DNA from: a bacterium
GTDB lineage: Bacteria; Patescibacteriota; Minisyncoccia; Minisyncoccales; CG1-02-41-26
Reading direction: 5' to 3'
NCBI GenBank assembly: GCA_030619905.1
Contig: JAUXAO010000003.1
Location: 54,119-118,118 of the forward strand
DNA length: 64,000 bases
The notes under the pieces were generated by a model. That model worked only from the letters and a program-made list of their open reading frames with translations. It searched no databases and was not told where the DNA came from. The position numbers were made by a program, and so were the translations under genes. The stretch's first letter is position 1. Each line of letters begins with the position of its first letter. Of this stretch, positions 59,082 to 64,000 are shown piece by piece.

Positions 59082-59133
59082 GGGTTCGAGTCCTAGCATC
59101 GGAACAGGCTTGTGCTTGGTTCTGGCGACTGAG
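59082..59133 (+). repeat. Island repeat unit, copy A
   Basis: gggttcgagtcctagcatcggaacaggcttgtgcttggttctggcgactgag. The 18-nt core caggcttgtgcttggttc (59105-59122) is identical to 62278-62295. Preceded by gaccgaga (59073-59080) and followed by hairpin ttctggcgac-tga-gtcgcccagaa. Confidence 0.8.
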
Positions 59134-59264
59134 TCGCCCAGAACAATGATCTGGGTGATTTTATTTTGACAAACCACCCCAAAAATGCCAAAATCAAGGT
59201 AGTTTTCAGCTTTAAGGAAAAAACTTATATAACGACTTCCAAAATCTTAATTATTACTAAGTAA

Positions 59265-61106
59265 ATGCGGCTTTTAAGTTTCCAAATTAAAAATTATCGA
59301 TCAATTATCAACTCTGGTGTAGTAAAATTATCTGAAAAAGATAATGTTTCTGTCTTTGCCGGTCAGAACGAATCAGGGAAAAGTGCAATTCTTAGAGCAC
59401 TCTACGATTTTGAACGTGAGGAGTTCGAAGAAGATTCTTTACCTTTCTCTATTAGAGAAAGTCCAGATCAACCAAATCAAATCGTAAGTTGTACCTACAA
59501 AATTGGTCCTGACGAGGATATCGCTGAATTACTTTCAGAGATAACGATTGATGAACATGATATTAAGATTGAAGAAGGCCAAAATATACTTGATCCAAAT
59601 AAGATTAAGAAGATAAAAAAATTTACCATAACTCGGATCAATGGCAAAGAAAAAGTTCAGATAACTATTGATAATAATTCTTTTAAAATTTTTCAAGCAG
59701 CAATTCTTAATAAACCGCAACAATCAGATGAGGGAGGGAAAGACAAAGAAAAAGAAAAAGGTGAGGAAAAAGAAACCACTGATACGAAAGAAAAATACAT
59801 TTCTTTTTCGGATGATCAGAATGCAGATGTAGCACAAATTTTTTGGCTTATCACGCCAAATATTGTTTTTTTCGATGATTTTTGCGACCTGCTGCCGGAT
59901 AAAATATTTCTCTCCGCACTTAAAGAGAAAAAAACTGAGACAAAAGGATATCGTGCTGTTAAAAGTTTAGAAAAGATACTTAACACAGACTTTCTTAAAA
60001 AAGACTCGGAAACAGATCCCATCAGGAGAACAAAAGAAGATAAAGAAAATACTGAATTATCGATTAATTTTCAGCAAGATTGGGGGCAAAGAATACATGA
60101 CGAGAATGAAGTACTTGTAAAATATGATTTTCAAAAAAGAAACGGTGAGGGCGAAAATGGTTCATACATTAATTTTTATGTTGAAACAAGAGAAGGGGAA
60201 CCTCTGCCACCCAAACAACGTAGTAAAGGATTGATTTGGTTCTTATCATTATGGCTGGAACTAAAGGCGCAAGATATCAAAAACGAAGATTTAATTCTTT
60301 TATTAGATGAACCGGATCAGCATCTACACGTGAAGGCACAAAAAGACATATTAAAATTAATTAATAAACTAGCGAGCGAAGATGATCAGGTTATTTACGC
60401 CACTCATTCACCTTATTTAATAGAAGTCGATTATTTGAACAGGGTGAAACTTGTTTTAAACATTAAAGATGGTGGGACACAGATAGAAGATATCGTAACG
60501 AGTAAAATCGATACGGAATATAAGAAAGATGCGCTACAACCAATTGCAAATGCAATAGGTTTACATGTTAGCGAATTTTCTCCATTAGGCAATAAAAATA
60601 TTATCCTCGAAGGAATTTCGGATTATTACTATTTTTCCGCAATGAAAAAAATACTAAATCGAAAGGGAGATTACTATTTTGTTCCCGGAATTGGAGTCAG
60701 ACAAATTAATAATCTTATTTCTTTATCAATAGGTTATGGTTTAAATTGGATTTCAATTATCGATGACGATCCTGAGAAGGGAGGAAAAGATTCTAAGAGA
60801 AAATTCGATGAAATAAAAGATTACGTTTTCGATGGAGATGAAGCTAAAACTCAACAAAAAGTCTTTATTCTTAAGGGAATTACAGGTATTGAGAATATGT
60901 TTACTTACGATGACTTTAAACTTATTGACCCTAAAATTAATCGTAGCAGAGATAAGGTAGATGTAGTTGGACGGAAAAGAAAAGTACTTTTTTCAAAGTT
61001 GTTTTTTGAAAAAGTAAATAACAGAGAAATTACAGAGAGGAATATATCGAAAACTGCTAAAGATAATTTTAATAAAGCATTTGATTTCATCGGTCAAAAT
61101 TTTTGA
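59265..61106 (+). CDS. OLD-family nuclease: ABC/AAA_15-type ATPase fused to a Toprim domain
   Basis: N-terminal FQIKNYRSI...FAGQNESGKSAILRAL (Walker A). QRSKGLIWFLSLWL. LLLDEPDQHLH (Walker B). ATHSP. C-terminal Toprim-like IILEGISDYYYF and ISIIDDDPEKGG. Confidence 0.75.
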   Translation: MRLLSFQIKNYRSIINSGVVKLSEKDNVSVFAGQNESGKSAILRALYDFEREEFEEDSLPFSIRESPDQPNQIVSCTYKIGPDEDIAELLSEITIDEHDIKIEEGQNILDPNKIKKIKKFTITRINGKEKVQITIDNNSFKIFQAAILNKPQQSDEGGKDKEKEKGEEKETTDTKEKYISFSDDQNADVAQIFWLITPNIVFFDDFCDLLPDKIFLSALKEKKTETKGYRAVKSLEKILNTDFLKKDSETDPIRRTKEDKENTELSINFQQDWGQRIHDENEVLVKYDFQKRNGEGENGSYINFYVETREGEPLPPKQRSKGLIWFLSLWLELKAQDIKNEDLILLLDEPDQHLHVKAQKDILKLINKLASEDDQVIYATHSPYLIEVDYLNRVKLVLNIKDGGTQIEDIVTSKIDTEYKKDALQPIANAIGLHVSEFSPLGNKNIILEGISDYYYFSAMKKILNRKGDYYFVPGIGVRQINNLISLSIGYGLNWISIIDDDPEKGGKDSKRKFDEIKDYVFDGDEAKTQQKVFILKGITGIENMFTYDDFKLIDPKINRSRDKVDVVGRKRKVLFSKLFFEKVNNREITERNISKTAKDNFNKAFDFIGQNF

Positions 61107-61151
61107 ACGGGAGCTAGAGAAGGTTTTAATAGTATACAAAATATATACCGC

Positions 61152-61193
61152 GCCCGCTTCGCGGGCTTAAAATAACCCCGACCGAGAGGGGTT
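61152..61193 (+). other. Two GC-rich hairpins after the OLD gene
   Basis: gcccgc-ttc-gcgggc (61152-61166) and aacccc-gaccgaga-ggggtt (61174-61193). The loop of the second is the island 8-mer gaccgaga. Confidence 0.5.
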
Positions 61194-61246
61194 AAATTCG
61201 CCCCAGAAAAGTGTCCAAGAGACCCTTATAGGACTTGATTCTTAAA

Positions 61247-61274
61247 GGTTCCAGACCGACTAGGGGAGCAGGCT
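61247..61274 (+). repeat. Island repeat unit, copy C (3'-truncated)
   Basis: ggttccagaccgactaggggagcaggct differs at 2 of 28 nt from copy B (62256-62283). Upstream similarity gagacccttata.../...cttaaa also parallels copy B. Confidence 0.75.
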
Positions 61275-61341
61275 ATTATTAGGTATAGAGAGACTGAAAC
61301 GTATAAATTATTTTAAAAAATATTTTTCTCGTAAGTAAACC

Positions 61342-62160
61342 ATGAATATAGATTACAATAATTTTAAACAATGGTGCATCCTAAAAGAACCAAAGTTGGG
61401 TCATTATGTTAATAATGATCGCATTTCGTATAGCATCTTATTTATATGGATCGGCTCATTTATTCTTTCTGCCTTAGTTTTTAAAAATGTAATAATTGAA
61501 TTATTACAGAATGAGAAAATTGTAGAAAATCTTAGCACTTTGTTTGGTTTTATTTTTTCAATGTTTGTAGTAATTATTTTTTCTAAAGTATTTCGATTAC
61601 CAATGAACAAAACCGAATTCCTTTCTTGTTTGTTAAATAAAATTTCTAAAGAAATAGAATTGTATCAAAGTGAAAAGGATAGAAAAGAATTAATGAAGGA
61701 TTTAAAAATATTTAAGCGATATTCGAAATTTGATTATAAATTTACACATACAAATTTATTCAAAAAGGAAAACAAAATACAAAAGAGTTTTTTTAATCTT
61801 CTCAATAGTCTTTCCGATAGGATTTACTACAAAATAAATGAAAACAAGAAAGATGAAATAAACTTAGAAGATATTCAAAAATTAGCCTTTAGTATTTATA
61901 TAGATGGTGATGAAAAAACTCAAATTCTCAATAAAATAGTTAAAGATATCCCAGATATTAACGAAATAGAATTTAAACTATTTTTTCCTTTAAAAAAATT
62001 ATATAAAGACAACTTATTTAAAATTATAACAATAACTGTGTCACTCGCATTGATTTTCTATTTTTTTGCATATAGGTTTTTAGGCATCGACAAAAATTAT
62101 ACATTTATGGGATTTATTACCCTAATCGGCGTAGTTGCTTATATAATATTTAAAAAATAA
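61342..62160 (+). CDS. Four-TM membrane protein with a central Lys/Glu-rich helical domain, function unknown
   Basis: 272 aa. TM pairs at both ends (ILFIWIGSFILSALVF, LFGFIFSMFVVIIF ... IITITVSLALIFYFFAY, FMGFITLIGVVAYIIF). No recognised motif. Confidence 0.5.
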   Translation: MNIDYNNFKQWCILKEPKLGHYVNNDRISYSILFIWIGSFILSALVFKNVIIELLQNEKIVENLSTLFGFIFSMFVVIIFSKVFRLPMNKTEFLSCLLNKISKEIELYQSEKDRKELMKDLKIFKRYSKFDYKFTHTNLFKKENKIQKSFFNLLNSLSDRIYYKINENKKDEINLEDIQKLAFSIYIDGDEKTQILNKIVKDIPDINEIEFKLFFPLKKLYKDNLFKIITITVSLALIFYFFAYRFLGIDKNYTFMGFITLIGVVAYIIFKK

Positions 62161-62254
62161 TTTCTTTTTAATTTTTTATTTTTAGTTAAAATACTTTTGA
62201 CCGAGATGCATGGATGAGACACCCTTAAAAGCCCTCAATTTCCCCTTAAAACCC

Positions 62255-62306
62255 GGGTTCGAGACCGACTAGGGAAGCAGGCTTGTGCTTGGTTCAAGCG
62301 ACCGAG
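62255..62306 (+). repeat. Island repeat unit, copy B
   Basis: gggttcgagaccgactagggaagcaggcttgtgcttggttcaagcgaccgag. Flanked by gaccgaga at 62199-62206 and 62300-62307. Followed by hairpin agcgac...gtcgct, which covaries with copy A (ggcgac/gtcgcc). Confidence 0.8.
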
Positions 62307-62479
62307 AGGCATTAAAAGTCGCTAAGAAGGCGGTTTTTGGTTGCTCTGAGCAAAGCGAAGAGGTAGAATAAAAAATCAGAGTTGACGCCATTTTTCTTAC
62401 AAAAAAGTTTTAACAAAACCACGAAGACAAGTTGAGTAGATGATTTTAATATAAAAATTTTAGTTGGCTCAATACTACA

Positions 62480-63346
62480 ATGGATTTCTTTTTCGACTTA
62501 TTTACCACTAGAGAACAGGCGATTATTATTTGGATCGGCATTTTCTTAGTTTGGGTGTTGTTTCAAAAGAATATACGAACGGCAATTTTCGGTTTGTTTA
62601 GGGCATTTTTTCAAAAGCAAATTGCCGTAGCGTTCGCGGCAATGTTTTTGTATGTAGCCTTGATAGTTTTTTTGTTCTCCAAAATTCAATTGTGAGATAT
62701 TTCTTTATTAAAAAACACAATCTTTTGGCTTCTCGGTACGGCATTTGTGTTATTTATGAACTTAAATAGAGCACACGAAGATGACCACTATTTCAGAAAA
62801 ATAGTATCAGATAACTTGAAATTAGTTTTAGTCCTCGTTTTCATTATCAATTTCTATACCTTACACCTACTAGCCGAACTAATTTTGGTGCCAGTACTTT
62901 TTATGATTGTCGCTATGAGTGCGGTTGCCGAAATGAAAGAAGGATACGCGCCGGTGAAGAAATTGGTAGATTTCATTCTGGGAGCTTGGGGTATTTTCCT
63001 TGTTGTTTTTACTCTTTCAAGCGTATTAAATGACTACCAAAATCTGCTGACGATGGACAATCTCCGTACTTTTCTACTGCCGCTATATTTAACACTTGCT
63101 TTTTTACCATTTTTGTACAGCTTCGCAATTTTCATGGCGTATGAGAATATTTTTGTTCGTCTGAATATTTCGATAGGTAAAAGAGATGAAGAGCTTTTGA
63201 GAATTGCGAAGCGTAAGATGTTTTGTGCTTTTGGTTTCAATTTAGGGAAATTGAATAAATTTTCAAAAGAAAACACAGTCAAACTCTGGAGTTTGAAGAA
63301 CGAGGAAGAATTGAGAGAGATTATTGATCAATTTGAGAAAAACTAA
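62480..63346 (+). pseudogene. Multi-pass membrane protein interrupted by one in-frame TGA (62693-62695): pseudogene or read-through
   Basis: ORFs 62480-62695 and 62747-63346 are in the same frame. The sequence between them (DISLLKNTIFWLLGTAFVLF) is open and hydrophobic like its flanks. Confidence 0.55.
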
Positions 63347-63487
63347 TTTTAAAGAAAGTAAGGACGTTTCTGACTTTTTTAAAAACCAAGCAATTTTAGC
63401 CCATCGTCAAGGCGGAGCAGGTAAAGATAAAAAAATCGCCAAAAAGGCAGTTTTTTGTTATAATAGAATAATTAATAATTCACATTT

Positions 63488-64000
63488 ATGAAAATTTTAA
63501 TTAGTTCATTAACGTATCCTCTACGCAATGGCGTTACTGTTTCCATAGACGCAACTGTTGACGGTCTTATCGCAAAGGGAGATAAGGTTCTTGTTGTAGC
63601 TCCAAGGTATAAGAAAATCAAACATAGGCCTGAACATCGTCCGGTGCCTTCCTCAGCTGTAGCCCGAGCTATTGGCTCTTTGATCGGTAAAGAAGAAAGA
63701 ACCTTTGGAATTACAGCTTCTTACTATATAGAGAAAATTGCAAAAGAATTTAAACCAGATATTTACTGGCTTCATACTTTAACTTGGGGTCCGAATGCTT
63801 TTGAATTACATATGCTTAGATCAGATAAGCCAAAAGTGCTTACTTATCACACTTTAGTTGAAGAGTATGGCAGAATGTATGGGGGAAAAATTGGAGCTGC
63901 ATTAATGCGCAGACGTTCTAAATCAGTTGCTAATAAAATGGATGTAATTATTACCCCTAGTAAGGTGATTGGAGAAAAATTACGCAAATATGGGGTAACA
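63488..64000 (+). CDS. GT4-type glycosyltransferase, 5' part (runs off the window)
   Basis: ATG at 63488, open to the end of the window (171 codons). MKILISSLTYPLRNGVTVSIDATVDGLIAKGDKVLVVAP is a GT-B N-terminal pattern. An extended -10, tgttataat, lies upstream at ~63455. Confidence 0.65.
   Translation, partial: MKILISSLTYPLRNGVTVSIDATVDGLIAKGDKVLVVAPRYKKIKHRPEHRPVPSSAVARAIGSLIGKEERTFGITASYYIEKIAKEFKPDIYWLHTLTWGPNAFELHMLRSDKPKVLTYHTLVEEYGRMYGGKIGAALMRRRSKSVANKMDVIITPSKVIGEKLRKYGVT

Larger units (their letters stand above)
59053..63470. mobile_element. Accessory island adjacent to tRNA-Gln (no integrase or transposase seen)
   Basis: Lies between ftsEX/tRNA-Gln and a housekeeping-type GT4 gene. 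Its spacers are long (212, 235, 319 and 141 nt, against 0-20 nt elsewhere) and each carries GC-rich repeat units. Cargo is an OLD-type nuclease plus unknown membrane proteins. Confidence 0.5.

Noticed and set aside
59082-59096. GGGTTCGAG(T/A)CC in the island repeats looks like a tRNA T-loop; considered tRNA fragments or duplicated tRNA-Gln 3' ends (classical att sites)
   Set aside because: No complementary T-stem or acceptor arm can be drawn. Similarity to the tRNA-Gln 3' half is limited to cttggttc (8 nt). These are therefore not called tRNA pseudogenes, and the att idea is kept only as one hypothesis.
59119-59142. Integron attC-like site (GTTCTGG...CCAGAAC inverted repeat) between cassette-like genes
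   Set aside because: The order is GTT...AAC rather than the RYYYAAC...GTTRRRY order of attC sites. No IntI-type integrase or attI site is present in the window.
62693-62695. Genome-wide UGA reassignment as the explanation for the in-frame TGA
   Set aside because: prfB (RF2) is present and intact, and TGA terminates conserved genes at their expected ends (prfB, hpf, recJ-like, the protease gene). Any recoding would have to be local or donor-derived.

Overview
This is an AT-rich, very compact window, with almost all genes on the + strand and many 1-14 nt start/stop overlaps. Gene content suggests a Patescibacteria/CPR (Parcubacteria-like) bacterium; that placement is inference. Standard genetic code is supported: prfB is present and TGA ends conserved genes.

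Layout:
- 1-1.7 kb: a free-standing HNH endonuclease and a membrane coiled-coil protein.
- 1.8-7.0 kb: a 1143-aa Thr/Ser-rich repeat surface protein (S-layer-like) and a secreted HExxH protease. Both carry a coiled-coil plus PG_binding_1 module.
- 7.0-38 kb: a ~31 kb glycan locus.
  - Sugar pathways: GDP-fucose (gmd, fcl); a CDP branched 3,6-dideoxyhexose set (rfbF, SDR dehydratase, E1/RfbH with an exact Fe-S motif, ThDP YerE-like enzyme, reductases, C-methyltransferase); and a second NDP-hexose 4,6-dehydratase plus cupin.
  - Assembly: about 10 glycosyltransferases including GT10 and GT11 fucosyltransferases, several methyltransferases, Wzx, a WbaP-like initiating transferase (the only large minus-strand gene) and a Wzy_C-TPR ligase/polymerase.
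  - Recombination scars: an fcl remnant, two decayed FkbM genes, and homopolymer frameshifts.
- 38-59 kb: housekeeping genes (murB, hpf, secA, secD, secF, pgk, recJ-like, rnhA, rnpB on the minus strand, murJ, lepA, ftsB-like, tRNA-Gly, tRNA-Thr, prfB, ftsEX, tRNA-Gln), plus a CPR-style membrane protein and VirD4/TraG-like ATPase pair.
- 59.05-63.47 kb: an accessory island next to tRNA-Gln. It holds an OLD/Toprim ABC-ATPase nuclease, two unknown multi-pass membrane proteins (one with an in-frame TGA), and a GC-rich structured repeat unit in front of every gene.

Best candidates for something undescribed:
1. The tRNA-Gln island, as a defence-like cassette array with reiterated repeat units.
2. 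The S-layer plus glycosylation locus with a yersiniose-like branched dideoxy sugar.
3. The split membrane/VirD4-like ATPase pair.

No CRISPR array, rRNA gene or transposase/integrase was seen.
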